Source: Escherichia phage cardinal
Sequence record: PQ567651.1
Direction: 5' to 3' (one strand)
DNA: 64,000 nt
Shown here: one piece after another, positions 28,053-37,444 of the stretch
Layout: each line of letters opens with the position of its first letter
Numbering within the stretch: the first letter of the stretch is position 1
Program-made: the position numbers and the translations under genes
Notes under the pieces: generated by a model
What the model was told of the DNA's origin: nothing
The model's database searches: none
The model's input: only the letters and a program-made list of their open reading frames with translations

Positions 28053-28379
28053 ATGAAAATAACGACAGAACAGGCTTTAATAGACAAAGGAAGGGAAATC
28101 TTAGAAAGTCATTTGGAGGATATTCAAAGGACTCCAGGGTATCTCGGCTGGCGTATACAAGAAGCCGTCGATTTTCTACCCCGTAAAAATAAAGAGATTG
28201 AAGTAAGATCTCTATTCCTCCTTGTTAAAGTAGATGGTGACGCTATATACAAAGATGTAGCGTCTCACATTGAACAAATAGAAGAAAAAGCCTACAAAGA
28301 ATTTGCAGATCTTGTTGTAGAACATAATATAGAAGGTAAAGTTAATATCTTTATACTTATGGATTTTGAGGAGAGTTGA
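28053..28379 (+). CDS. hypothetical protein
   Basis: track ORF, RBS AAGGAGAAGGGG. Confidence 0.5.
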   Translation: MKITTEQALIDKGREILESHLEDIQRTPGYLGWRIQEAVDFLPRKNKEIEVRSLFLLVKVDGDAIYKDVASHIEQIEEKAYKEFADLVVEHNIEGKVNIFILMDFEES

Positions 28380-29121
28380 TGCTAGTATATCAAGAAATTA
28401 GTGTAAAAGATGATCAAGACCTGTTTATTATTGGTGATTTACATGGTTGCTTTGATTGTACCAGAAAGGTGTTAATACTTTAGGTATCCGAGATCAAGAT
28501 GTTGTTGTATCTTTAGGAGATCTTACAGATCGCGGCAAGCAGAATTTTCGTTGTGTTGTTGAATTCACCAGAAAGCTAAATCGTTATGGTATTCGTGGAA
28601 ACCATGAAGATATGATGATTAAAGGGTTGCTAGAAGGTGATAGACGATATTACGAATGTTGGTTTCAGAACGGAGGCCATACAGTTCTAGACGAGTGTGG
28701 AGAAGAGGGTGCAACTGCTCTTGCTTCGATGCTAGAAGATTTACCTGTTGTACTTGTTGTCAATTATCGTAATATGAAACTAGGCTTTATTCACGGTGGG
28801 TATCCTTCAGTTTTGGAACATTTGCCAATAACAGAAGTTTTGCCATTTTGTTTGAATATGAATAAAGAGCAAGTTTCTCGATTCACAGAATCTTTAATGT
28901 GGGATCGTGATATGATAGATTGCGCACTTGAAGGGATTCTTCTTCCTAGAGTTTCAGGAGTAGATTATGTATTTCACGGGCATTCTTATGTTCCTAAACC
29001 TGTGATTAGCAGTAATAGGGTATATATGGACACAGGATCTTGCTTCAATGGTAATTTAACCTTTGCATATTTTGATGATTCAAATACGTTACAATTTTAT
29101 TCTACTTTAGAGGAGGACTAA
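28379..29121 (+). pseudogene. lambda-type Ser/Thr protein phosphatase (PPP family) interrupted by apparent 1-nt frameshift near 28465..28483
   Basis: GDLHGC in frame of ATG 28379, then GDLTDRG, GNHE, HGG, GH in the track frame 28456..29121. Confidence 0.6.
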
Positions 29122-29441
29122 TGTATAAAATCACAATTAAAGAAACAGTAGGAGAACTTACGAAAGAAACTACTATTGAGACGGAAGATGTTGAGTTAGT
29201 CAAAGAGCTTTTATTTCCAAAACCAGAAATAAAAGATAATGATGAACAGTTGGATGAAGATAATGAGACAGCAAGGGATAAATGGAAGAAACAACTAGCG
29301 GAGATTTGGAAAAAGCCTGAAGTAACTCCTCCATTTGATCCTCGTAGACCTTATAATCCTTGGGAAATTGGAAGCCCTTGGTTTACGTACCCTATTACTC
29401 CAATTGTTAATCCAATTGTTACTCCCAATATTACTTGTTAA
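29121..29441 (+). CDS. hypothetical protein
   Basis: track ORF. Confidence 0.5.
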   Translation: MYKITIKETVGELTKETTIETEDVELVKELLFPKPEIKDNDEQLDEDNETARDKWKKQLAEIWKKPEVTPPFDPRRPYNPWEIGSPWFTYPITPIVNPIVTPNITC

Positions 29442-29451
29442 GGAGAAAACC

Positions 29452-30030
29452 ATGAGCGATTTATTCTACACAGGTGTTGGTAGCAGAGATATTACAGACG
29501 AAGAATGGGATACTATGGTATCTGTTGCAAAATGGCTATCTACATGGTTCATTTTGCGATCTGGTAAAGCAGAAGGTGCAGATTCCGCATTTGAATGCGG
29601 GGTATATGATAGTGGGAACAATACAAAGAAAGAAATATACATCCCTTGGCTCTCGTTTAAAGGTAATGAAATAGAGGGAGAGGTTATTGTTCTTGACAGA
29701 CCAGATAGTGTAAACTATGCTCTAACCTTGCAATATGCAAAAGAATTGCATCCAGCTTGGGACAGATTATCTCAAGGTGCTAAAAAATTACATCAAAGAA
29801 ATATCCACCAAGTTCTTGGAAGAGACCTTGAGAATCCAAAACCATCTTGTTTTCTTTTAGCTTGTGCAAATACAGATAAAAATGGAGATCCTTTAGGTGG
29901 TACAAGAACAGCTTGGATGTTGGCTAAAAAGTTTAATGTCCCTTGTTTTAATATTCGAGGTAAAAGTAAAAAACAAATTTTCGAATTTATTAAGCCTATT
30001 TTAGAGGAGAATGGTCTTGTCCAGAAATAA
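29452..30030 (+). CDS. SLOG/DprA-like Rossmann-fold protein
   Basis: ATG after AAGGAGA; YTGVGSRDIT and SGKAEGADSAFECG resemble DprA/YpsA-type motifs. Confidence 0.4.
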   Translation: MSDLFYTGVGSRDITDEEWDTMVSVAKWLSTWFILRSGKAEGADSAFECGVYDSGNNTKKEIYIPWLSFKGNEIEGEVIVLDRPDSVNYALTLQYAKELHPAWDRLSQGAKKLHQRNIHQVLGRDLENPKPSCFLLACANTDKNGDPLGGTRTAWMLAKKFNVPCFNIRGKSKKQIFEFIKPILEENGLVQK

Positions 30031-30535
30031 TATAAGCGTCATTAAAGATAGTTTTATTGATGTAACAAACGATATTGTACCTACAATACAATATATAGTT
30101 GAGGCACAAGGTTTAAACTTTATACGTGATAAAGTTAAGATTGTTTTTCATAACACTCCAGGTTTTGTAACAGTAGGTTCAACAAAAACGCCGTGCTCTA
30201 CAGATCTGATTACTTTAGACAAAAACTTAACACAAGAAGAAGTAGAAATTCTTAACCTCTATTGGCTAGGTTTTAAAAGATATGAGGATACAGCTTTATC
30301 CCGAATGTCAACTATTTTAGCTAACATTCTGGTTCGGAAAATTTCTAAACTATGGGATGAAGAAAACCCAGATGAAATAGTTTTACACTTTGCTAAACCG
30401 GAAGACGGGGCATATGATATAGACACATCTGAAATGGCTTATGGGTTTATTATTTCTGGTAATGTATTACAGATGGAATCTTTATTGTATGTTGAGACAG
30501 TAAAACACAATAACAATTACGAGGAGGTTGTATGA
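30011..30535 (+). CDS. hypothetical protein
   Basis: track ORF. Confidence 0.5.
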   Translation: MVLSRNNISVIKDSFIDVTNDIVPTIQYIVEAQGLNFIRDKVKIVFHNTPGFVTVGSTKTPCSTDLITLDKNLTQEEVEILNLYWLGFKRYEDTALSRMSTILANILVRKISKLWDEENPDEIVLHFAKPEDGAYDIDTSEMAYGFIISGNVLQMESLLYVETVKHNNNYEEVV

Positions 30536-30789
30536 AAGGTTTAGAGTTTAACTTTGTAGATGCGTGGGAAGGATGGGATGAACTAGGAGTAGGGGATTTA
30601 TGTTTTTATGATGTTACCTTGAAGGAAGAATACAAACATCTAGCTCCTAGTGAAGATTGCGATGTGATTCTAACTATCCTATTAAGTCAGTCTATAGTGC
30701 AATTTGATTTTCTAAAAGGTAGTGAGTGTATTGAAAGTAAAGCATTCCGTTTAGAAGTTTCTCTTGGTGAAGAAGTTCCTGTAGAATAA
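30532..30789 (+). CDS. hypothetical protein
   Basis: track ORF. Confidence 0.5.
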   Translation: MKGLEFNFVDAWEGWDELGVGDLCFYDVTLKEEYKHLAPSEDCDVILTILLSQSIVQFDFLKGSECIESKAFRLEVSLGEEVPVE

Positions 30790-30792
30790 TAT

Positions 30793-30817
30793 AAACCCGC
30801 TTCGGCGGGTTTTTTGT
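30793..30817 (+). terminator. rho-independent terminator cccgc-ttcg-gcggg + TTTTTT
   Basis: strong hairpin and T-tract after stop. Confidence 0.75.
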
Positions 30818-30845
30818 TGACAACACCAGTTTTTTCGAATAAACT
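30817..30845 (+). promoter_or_regulatory. sigma70-like promoter TTGACA-17-TAAACT
   Basis: directly after terminator, upstream of 30872 gene. Confidence 0.45.
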
Positions 30846-30871
30846 ACAGAAAAACAGAAGAGGAGTTTAGC

Positions 30872-31282
30872 ATGTATTATAGTGATTATTTTGTAAACCC
30901 AACAAAAGAACAACTTCAATCAGCAGTGGATAAGATGCAGATTGTAGTTAAAGAATGTGAAAAAATAAGAAAACAACTACAAGAAGAGACTGTTGTTGTT
31001 AATAAATGGTTTGGTCTTAGGAAGAAAGTTGTTAGTAAACACAATATCATCCTTGAAAAAGCAAAAACGACAGGAACTAGTTACGCCTTACAAGCCTTGT
31101 TACTAAATTACATTGATATAGAACAACATTCTCTTCTGCACTGTTGGCTTAACAGTCCTGGTATTGAGGATCTCTTGTTCTGGTTATCGTGTGAATCTGT
31201 ACTTTTAAATGAGAATGAGGCTTACCGTTTAAACTTCTGCCTCAAGGCAGAATTACCAGCTAGTGTTAAGGAGAAGAAGTAA
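30872..31282 (+). CDS. hypothetical protein
   Basis: track ORF, RBS GAGGAG. Confidence 0.5.
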   Translation: MYYSDYFVNPTKEQLQSAVDKMQIVVKECEKIRKQLQEETVVVNKWFGLRKKVVSKHNIILEKAKTTGTSYALQALLLNYIDIEQHSLLHCWLNSPGIEDLLFWLSCESVLLNENEAYRLNFCLKAELPASVKEKK

Positions 31283-31284
31283 TA

Positions 31285-32274
31285 ATGAAAGTTTTAAGTC
31301 TTTTTGATGGTATGTCAGGAGGAATGCTTGCGCTAAAAAGTGCAGGTATTGAAGTAGATACATATTATGCTTCAGAATTAGACAAATTCGCCATAGCTGA
31401 AAGCCAAGCAAATTTTCCAGATATTATTCAGTTAGGTGATGTTACAAAATGGAGAGAATGGGATATCCCGTGGGGAGAAATTGATCTTTTGTTAGGTGGT
31501 AGTCCGTGTCAAGGCTTCTCTTCTTCTGGTAAGGGTTTGAACTTTCAAGATCCGCGATCTAAGCTATTCTTCGAATATGTTGAGATTCTTGAACATATTA
31601 AAAAGTTTAACCCTAATGTTAAGTTCATGCTTGAAAACGTTAAGATGAAAGTGGAGTGGGAAAACGTGATCACAAGTTACTTAGGTGTTGATCCCGTATT
31701 CATTAACTCCGCAGATTTCACGGCACAGAATAGACAACGTTTATACTGGTGCAACTGGGAAATAAAGCCTTGGGATATTACCAATGCAGTGCTGCAAGAT
31801 ATCATTGAAGATGATAGTATTGTAGACAGAGATAAGGCTTATTGCATAGATGCAAATTATGCCAAAGGTGGTAATATAGAACAGTATTTTGAAAAGAGTC
31901 GCAGACAACTGGTTTTTTATCCGGCAGCAATATATGGGCGTAGAATTAATGAAAATGGCAAACGTAGTACATCTAAAACTGATCGTTTGGTACATTGTTT
32001 GGAAGTTCAGGACAGTGAAAAAACTCGTTGCCTCACGACTGTGCCTAAAGACGTACTATTAGCTTACATTCCACCTGGAAGATATCTAGATGCCTTTGAA
32101 AAATTAAGTGAAGGCGTACATTATAGAAAGTTAACGGTTAAAGAGTGTTGCCGCTTGCAAGGTGTGCCAGATGACTACTTTAAAGTGAGTAGTAACACAC
32201 AAGCATATAAGATGTTAGGTAACGGTTGGACTATACCTGTCATTGCACATATTCTTAAATGTATGGAGGAATAG
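31285..32274 (+). CDS. DNA (cytosine-5)-methyltransferase
   Basis: SLFDGMSGG (motif I), GGSPCQGFS (PCQ motif IV), ENV, CCRLQGVPDDY, GNGWTIPVI. Confidence 0.8.
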   Translation: MKVLSLFDGMSGGMLALKSAGIEVDTYYASELDKFAIAESQANFPDIIQLGDVTKWREWDIPWGEIDLLLGGSPCQGFSSSGKGLNFQDPRSKLFFEYVEILEHIKKFNPNVKFMLENVKMKVEWENVITSYLGVDPVFINSADFTAQNRQRLYWCNWEIKPWDITNAVLQDIIEDDSIVDRDKAYCIDANYAKGGNIEQYFEKSRRQLVFYPAAIYGRRINENGKRSTSKTDRLVHCLEVQDSEKTRCLTTVPKDVLLAYIPPGRYLDAFEKLSEGVHYRKLTVKECCRLQGVPDDYFKVSSNTQAYKMLGNGWTIPVIAHILKCMEE

Positions 32275-32397
32275 TGGAAACATTGTGGAAAGGCTGGAAG
32301 ACTGCTCTGATAGCTTTTATAATTCCATTAACTTTTCTTGGTTGGTGTTTTTGGGAATTTATCTTTTGGTTAATTTCCCATATACATTGGGGGTAAT

Positions 32398-33006
32398 ATG
32401 ACTCAAAAAGTTGCATATCAAGTAGATCGTGAAGATGGTGAAGGTAGTGTTGTAGTTTTTGATACACATGGTCTTGCAGCAAGACGCAAAGGCGCTTGTC
32501 TACTGGACATTGGTGGTGAAGATGAATACTGCACTGTACGTAGAGTAAAAGAATTTGATCAATATGCTGAAAAAGGTTTTGTACCCGTGAAAGCACTATT
32601 AGAAGCTGGATGGTGGATACCTAGTGCACATGATTATGATATTTTGGAAGATACAGATGAATTCAACAGTGAAGATTTTGTTTTTTCTCTGGATGAAAAA
32701 TGCGTTTGGAAAAACTGGGATGAAATGGAACGCCATGCTTATTTTATAAACGAAGCATTAGATCGTAAAACTTGGTTTGAAAATACAGTTAAAGCAGCGT
32801 ATCCTCAATTTACTTTTATACAGTTTTGGGGTGGCCCACATCATATTACTCATACAGCATATTTCGAGTTCCCAGGTTCACGTTATAAAGGTACTGTTTA
32901 TTGGGATTGGGACGAGGACAAAGAACCTTCTGCTCAAGACTTCCGTTGCTATGTTTGTCAAGGTGATCAAGAAGCCCTTGACAAGTACCTTAAAAGTCTG
33001 GTATAA
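32398..33006 (+). CDS. hypothetical protein
   Basis: track ORF. Confidence 0.5.
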   Translation: MTQKVAYQVDREDGEGSVVVFDTHGLAARRKGACLLDIGGEDEYCTVRRVKEFDQYAEKGFVPVKALLEAGWWIPSAHDYDILEDTDEFNSEDFVFSLDEKCVWKNWDEMERHAYFINEALDRKTWFENTVKAAYPQFTFIQFWGGPHHITHTAYFEFPGSRYKGTVYWDWDEDKEPSAQDFRCYVCQGDQEALDKYLKSLV

Positions 33007-33023
33007 TCCGTAAAACTTAACCA

Positions 33024-33050
33024 AAGCCCCCCAAGCAGGGGCTTTATTTG
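33024..33050 (+). terminator. hairpin agcccc-ccaagca-ggggct + T-rich tail
   Basis: after stop of 32398..33006. Confidence 0.55.
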
Positions 33051-33062
33051 TCTGGAGGATAT

Positions 33063-33617
33063 ATGGGTTTTGATGATATGTTATTATATGAGGAGGCTTG
33101 TGTGAAAGAAGCTATGGCTTTACCAGTTTTATCTATTGATATTACAACAGTAGACACTTTTTCAGATTGTGAAACGTGTGGATCGTATTCAAGTATTGTA
33201 CATGTGGTCTGTGGGGATTTAGGCACTTACGAAGATGGAGATTATGCAAGTTGTTTAGGTGATAATCAAGATGGTGAAGTGGCAAATGTTGCAAACTGGA
33301 TTGCTTCTAAGTTAAAAGAAAGAAATCGTCCGTTCCCTAATCTTCTTACACCAGAAGCTATGCTTAAAGCTGAACAAGAGATGTATGATTATGGTTATAA
33401 AGTAGATTATGACTATAATGATCCTAATTATAAAAAATTGAGTGACAAGTATTGGGAACTAGCTAACGCTTATGATAAATACTACTCTACAGAAAACATT
33501 GTTAAATTGTTTTTAGATTTTGGAGTAGAAATTAATTGGGATTTCGAAGAGGAAGAGCGTTACGACGCATCTTCTTGGGATGATGATTACGAAGAGGATA
33601 TTGAATGCGAAGAGTAA
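33063..33617 (+). CDS. hypothetical acidic protein
   Basis: ATG after GGAGG within track ORF 33048..33617. Confidence 0.5.
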   Translation: MGFDDMLLYEEACVKEAMALPVLSIDITTVDTFSDCETCGSYSSIVHVVCGDLGTYEDGDYASCLGDNQDGEVANVANWIASKLKERNRPFPNLLTPEAMLKAEQEMYDYGYKVDYDYNDPNYKKLSDKYWELANAYDKYYSTENIVKLFLDFGVEINWDFEEEERYDASSWDDDYEEDIECEE

Positions 33618-34417
33618 TTTTTGTTAGTGGCGCAGGACTATCTGTGGATAGCGGTATCCCAGCTTTTAGAACAGATACTTCTTCAGGGGAGGCGTTATGG
33701 TCTTCTTATGATCTTTCTGAGGTTTGTGACATTTTCAACTTCCGTGACGGTTATCAGCAAGAACAAGGTGTTCTTGATGCTATGGGTGGTTTAGATGCGG
33801 AAGGATATAACCTCTACCGTAAAACTCACGACTTTTACAATAAACGTCGCGTGGAATTAGAGAAAGTTGACCCGAATCCAGCACATCTTCAGATTGGAGA
33901 ATGGTTCAAAAAATATGGCCCAGAACGAATTATTAACATTACTACTAACGTGGATGACCTCCTTGAACGAGCAGGAGTAGATAGGGAAGAAGTGCTACAT
34001 GTGCACGGTTTTCTTCCTGAAATTACTTTTCAAAGAAAAGCCGGACAACCTACAATTGTAAAAGATGTTGGTTATCAAGCCATAGATGTAGATGACTACC
34101 ATTATGTAAAACCTAATGTAATTTTCTTTGGGGAAGCTGCTCCACTTTACACGGATATGTATTATATTTTTGATACACTGACGGCTCAAGATTTGGTTGT
34201 AGTAGTAGGATGTTCAAACCAAGTTATCAATTTTAATTGGGAATTATTCCCTGCACTTAATATGGGTACAAAAATGATCGTTGTTAACCCAGGAATTAAT
34301 TACGAAGAAACTCTTCTTTACGAAGATAGAGGAGTCTTTGTTTATCGAGAAAAGGCCGCAGATGCTTTTAGCAATCCTGCTTTCATAAAAATGATAGAAG
34401 ATCATTTGACTAAATAA
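33605..34417 (+). CDS. Sir2-family (sirtuin-like) NAD-dependent protein
   Basis: VSGAGLSVDSGIPAFR, TTNVDDL, HG, PNVIFFGE, VVGCS match sirtuin motifs. Confidence 0.7.
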   Translation: MRRVIFVSGAGLSVDSGIPAFRTDTSSGEALWSSYDLSEVCDIFNFRDGYQQEQGVLDAMGGLDAEGYNLYRKTHDFYNKRRVELEKVDPNPAHLQIGEWFKKYGPERIINITTNVDDLLERAGVDREEVLHVHGFLPEITFQRKAGQPTIVKDVGYQAIDVDDYHYVKPNVIFFGEAAPLYTDMYYIFDTLTAQDLVVVVGCSNQVINFNWELFPALNMGTKMIVVNPGINYEETLLYEDRGVFVYREKAADAFSNPAFIKMIEDHLTK

Positions 34418-34424
34418 CTTAACC

Positions 34425-34448
34425 AAGGGGCGAAAGCCCCTTTTCTTA
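34425..34448 (+). terminator. rho-independent terminator ggggc-gaaa-gcccc + TTTT
   Basis: third copy of the same terminator hairpin. Confidence 0.7.
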
Positions 34449-34460
34449 TAGGAGAATATT

Positions 34461-34718
34461 ATGACCACAGAACAAATCGTTAAAGACCATTTTATGATGC
34501 ACTACGTTTATTACTTCAATAATAATCAACAGAAAGGTGAGGGATTTTGTTATCTATCCGCACAACAAGGTTTTGGTATCCGTCAAGCAGATATTAACGG
34601 AGCAGTGGCTGGAATTACAAAAGGCTTGGTTGCAAACCTTAAAGACAATGTTGTTGTTGTCCCAACGTGCATCTCTTACCTCTCAACCTGCCCTGAAGAA
34701 GATTTTATGCATTCCTAA
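34461..34718 (+). CDS. hypothetical protein
   Basis: track ORF, last gene of plus block. Confidence 0.5.
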   Translation: MTTEQIVKDHFMMHYVYYFNNNQQKGEGFCYLSAQQGFGIRQADINGAVAGITKGLVANLKDNVVVVPTCISYLSTCPEEDFMHS

Positions 34719-34783
34719 AACCTCCTGTAACGAATTCTAACGCACTTTTTATTTTAGTAATACGTTTCCCTATCCAATGCAAA

Positions 34784-34820
34784 CAAAAGCCCCTAGAATC
34801 GCTTCTAGGGGCTTTATTTT
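34784..34820. terminator. bidirectional terminator at convergence of plus and minus blocks
   Basis: aaaagcccctagaatcgcttctaggggctttatttt: 9-bp stem flanked by A-tract and T-tract. Confidence 0.65.
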
Positions 34821-34893
34821 AGTCTTCTGTAAAATATCCTATGACAACAATGATAAAGATGATTAACACTACGATACTCTCTAGTAAAGTCAT

Positions 34894-35115
34894 CTATAAA
34901 TCTCGTTCATATAGTTCAATTATCAATTCATCCTCTGCTGTTATCGTACCAATTTGCCAAGTGTGAAGATAAACCTCTGTGTAAGAGTGTATCTTACTAT
35001 CTAACAAGCACAACCACGTATTGTTGCTTACCTTTTCTTGAATATGAACCTTAACCACGAAAGGGTGAGGGTTATCTACTAAGAAACCAATACTACCTTC
35101 TACAACTACAGACAT
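34894..35115 (-). CDS. hypothetical protein
   Basis: track ORF. Confidence 0.5.
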   Translation of the reverse strand: MSVVVEGSIGFLVDNPHPFVVKVHIQEKVSNNTWLCLLDSKIHSYTEVYLHTWQIGTITAEDELIIELYERDL

Positions 35116-35176
35116 AATACCTCCTATTATTTATGCTAAGAAAATACTTATAACAAATAAAGAACACACATACAAG

Positions 35177-35198
35177 AAAACCCGCCGAAGCGGGTTTA
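35177..35198 (-). terminator. hairpin cccgc-cgaag-gcggg flanked by A/T tracts
   Basis: identical core to hairpins at 30795 (reverse orientation) and 60976. Confidence 0.5.
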
Positions 35199-35202
35199 TG
35201 TG

Positions 35203-35526
35203 TTATACAATGTGTTTTGTTTTAACGTGCGAAGATTTAAAAATCTTATTATGTAATGAAATACGATTATCACGGAACACATAATAGTTAACAACATCTG
35301 GTTTATCAACACAGAGTGTAGCCACAACTTTCATAGGTATAGATACATTCTCACGAAGAGTAACACTACCTTTCAAACGTTCAGATGAAATGTGAATCAA
35401 ACCTTCTTTTTCATCAATGATAACTTCTTTAACATTTTTGAAATTATAACAAGAGTTGTCAACATAAGATACCCTTGCTTTTGTTTGCTTCTGTTTAGGA
35501 CGAGAACCAGTGTTTATTTTTTGCAT
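35203..35526 (-). CDS. hypothetical protein
   Basis: track ORF. Confidence 0.5.
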   Translation of the reverse strand: MQKINTGSRPKQKQTKARVSYVDNSCYNFKNVKEVIIDEKEGLIHISSERLKGSVTLRENVSIPMKVVATLCVDKPDVVNYYVFRDNRISLHNKIFKSSHVKTKHIV

Positions 35527-35534
35527 AGTTTTCC

Positions 35535-35822
35535 TTATTTGCTTTCACGAGCAAAATAATAATTTTCATATTCATTACGTGTAACGATTTCTGGATGATC
35601 AGGTTCACCGTAACTAAGTTTAATTTCAGGATACACTTTGGTGTTGAATAGACACGTAACACCTCTCATATAATATCCTGTAGGACTTAAAACAACATCA
35701 TCTTCACTTACACTTGAGAATTTTATTTCACCATTAGTATCTTTGACGACAATAAGAGCATGTTCAGGCCAATCAAGATTCTCTTCTTTCAGTTTTTCAT
35801 AAACTTCTTGCACTAGTTCCAT
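35535..35822 (-). CDS. hypothetical protein
   Basis: track ORF. Confidence 0.5.
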   Translation of the reverse strand: MELVQEVYEKLKEENLDWPEHALIVVKDTNGEIKFSSVSEDDVVLSPTGYYMRGVTCLFNTKVYPEIKLSYGEPDHPEIVTRNEYENYYFARESK

Positions 35823-35829
35823 ATTGCCT

Positions 35830-36005
35830 CCTCAGATTACAAATTTTTCTTCTTCTGGTTTCTCGTAGTTGGGAGAATAAACGTGGGATGGATTAAAACC
35901 TTTAAAGCTACCCCGCCCTTTTCGTGGACAATTGAATGTTTTAGCTTTGTGATCACCAAAAGATTTACCACAATGTACACATTTATAATTGGTATCTTTG
36001 AACAT
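35830..36005 (-). CDS. small Cys-rich protein (CxxC...C)
   Basis: 57 aa MFKDTNYKCVHCGKSFGDHK... with RBS GGAGAG; preferred over overlapping track ORF 35837..36034. Confidence 0.35.
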
Positions 36006-36160
36006 TTTACTCTCCTTTGAAAGATAGGCTGCACAGCAGTACAGCCTTTTAAAAATTAGTGTTTAAATTTTTCGATTACTTCGTCAACTTTAGCGATGAT
36101 AACATCTTGGTACTTGTGACCAAAATAACCAACAACAACACCAACAATAAACGTCATCAT

Positions 36161-36760
36161 TTACTTCTCCTTTTTAACTATAATTGCTTCTTCATTCAGG
36201 GTAAACAGCAAGGAAGATGTATCACCAACACACCTTGCACCTGGAATGAGTTCTAAAATCTTAGAGGATATAGCAATAGTATCTTCATCCAGTACATATT
36301 CTCCAGGTAACAATCTTAATGTTATTGGAAAATCTACGGATGCCAAACCAGAGAACATCCCATCATTAAGAAGAACAACTTCTAAACCGTTGCCTTCTTG
36401 TTGTGCATTATGCACTTTTTCAGGTAAGAAGTCAATACATTGATTTAAAATTTCCACATTTAATTCTACGCCAGTCCGAGCTTTATAAACTCTAGCCAAA
36501 TCTATGATCCGAGGATCAATACTGGCGTAAGGAGATTCTAGGTGTTTTGGGTCAATAGGAGCAACGCGCAATTTACCATCGAGAGATATCCACGTTACAA
36601 TCCACATTTCACCAACCCCAGGTTGATCTCGCTCAGTAAGGAATTCTACTAATGCTCCAGGGTTAGGCATTATGTAATCTTGTGTGATCAACATGTTCTT
36701 TACTCGCAAAAGCATTCCTGGCTTTAGTAAGCCCCTCTCACCACTCCAATATTCTTTCAT
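36161..36760 (-). CDS. hypothetical protein
   Basis: track ORF, start moved to ATG with AGGAG RBS. Confidence 0.5.
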   Translation of the reverse strand: MKEYWSGERGLLKPGMLLRVKNMLITQDYIMPNPGALVEFLTERDQPGVGEMWIVTWISLDGKLRVAPIDPKHLESPYASIDPRIIDLARVYKARTGVELNVEILNQCIDFLPEKVHNAQQEGNGLEVVLLNDGMFSGLASVDFPITLRLLPGEYVLDEDTIAISSKILELIPGARCVGDTSSLLFTLNEEAIIVKKEK

Positions 36761-36773
36761 TTTTACTCCTGAT

Positions 36774-37046
36774 TTAATGTCGTAGTTCACTAAACTTACA
36801 AACAAAGTGAACGTTAAGAAAAGTTAGTTTTCGATCTGGTGTAAACTCTGTTACTGTTTTATACACCTGTGCAATACCGAACCTGTTGATAGCAGGTACT
36901 GACAATTGGCTTATACATTTCATAGCTGACAGTTTTGCCTCTTCTTCAGATGCAAAATAAGTAAAGATACCTTCTTCGTCAACTATAATTTCTTGTGTAA
37001 CACAATCTACAAAACAAAAGAAAACATTAGGTAATTTTTCCGACAT
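36774..37046 (-). CDS. hypothetical protein
   Basis: track ORF. Confidence 0.5.
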   Translation of the reverse strand: MSEKLPNVFFCFVDCVTQEIIVDEEGIFTYFASEEEAKLSAMKCISQLSVPAINRFGIAQVYKTVTEFTPDRKLTFLNVHFVCKFSELRH

Positions 37047-37047
37047 A

Positions 37048-37260
37048 TTAGTTGTTCCTGTACTTAGAGAACAAAGTATTGACTAACCAGTCAGCAAACA
37101 GTAATCCAAGTGTACCAATACCGTAACCGATAAGCATAATGTAAGGCACTGCCTTATTTTCATTACCTGTCATTACTTCAGGAAAAATCAAAAACACAAT
37201 ACCGTTACCAACGATAATCCAGAACATAAGAAACACAAACATACGAAGCAACATTGTCAT
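37048..37260 (-). CDS. hypothetical membrane protein
   Basis: two hydrophobic segments. Confidence 0.5.
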   Translation of the reverse strand: MTMLLRMFVFLMFWIIVGNGIVFLIFPEVMTGNENKAVPYIMLIGYGIGTLGLLFADWLVNTLFSKYRNN

Positions 37261-37261
37261 A

Positions 37262-37444
37262 TTATTCTTCCTCCTTCACTTCTTCAACTTTACGAAGCAT
37301 ACGTTTATCAAATGTAGCTTTCTGTAGTTGTTCATTAACATCAAACCACACCACTTCGCAAGTATCGTAGGTAGATACCATTACAGTCATTAACATTTCT
37401 TCACTGGCAAGACGTACAATATCACCTGTTTTAATATTTACCAT
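37262..37444 (-). CDS. hypothetical protein
   Basis: track ORF. Confidence 0.45.
   Translation of the reverse strand: MVNIKTGDIVRLASEEMLMTVMVSTYDTCEVVWFDVNEQLQKATFDKRMLRKVEEVKEEE

Noticed and set aside
35837-36034. Track minus-strand ORF of 65 aa
   Set aside because: Overlaps, in another frame, a small Cys-rich ORF (35830..36005) that has a proper RBS.
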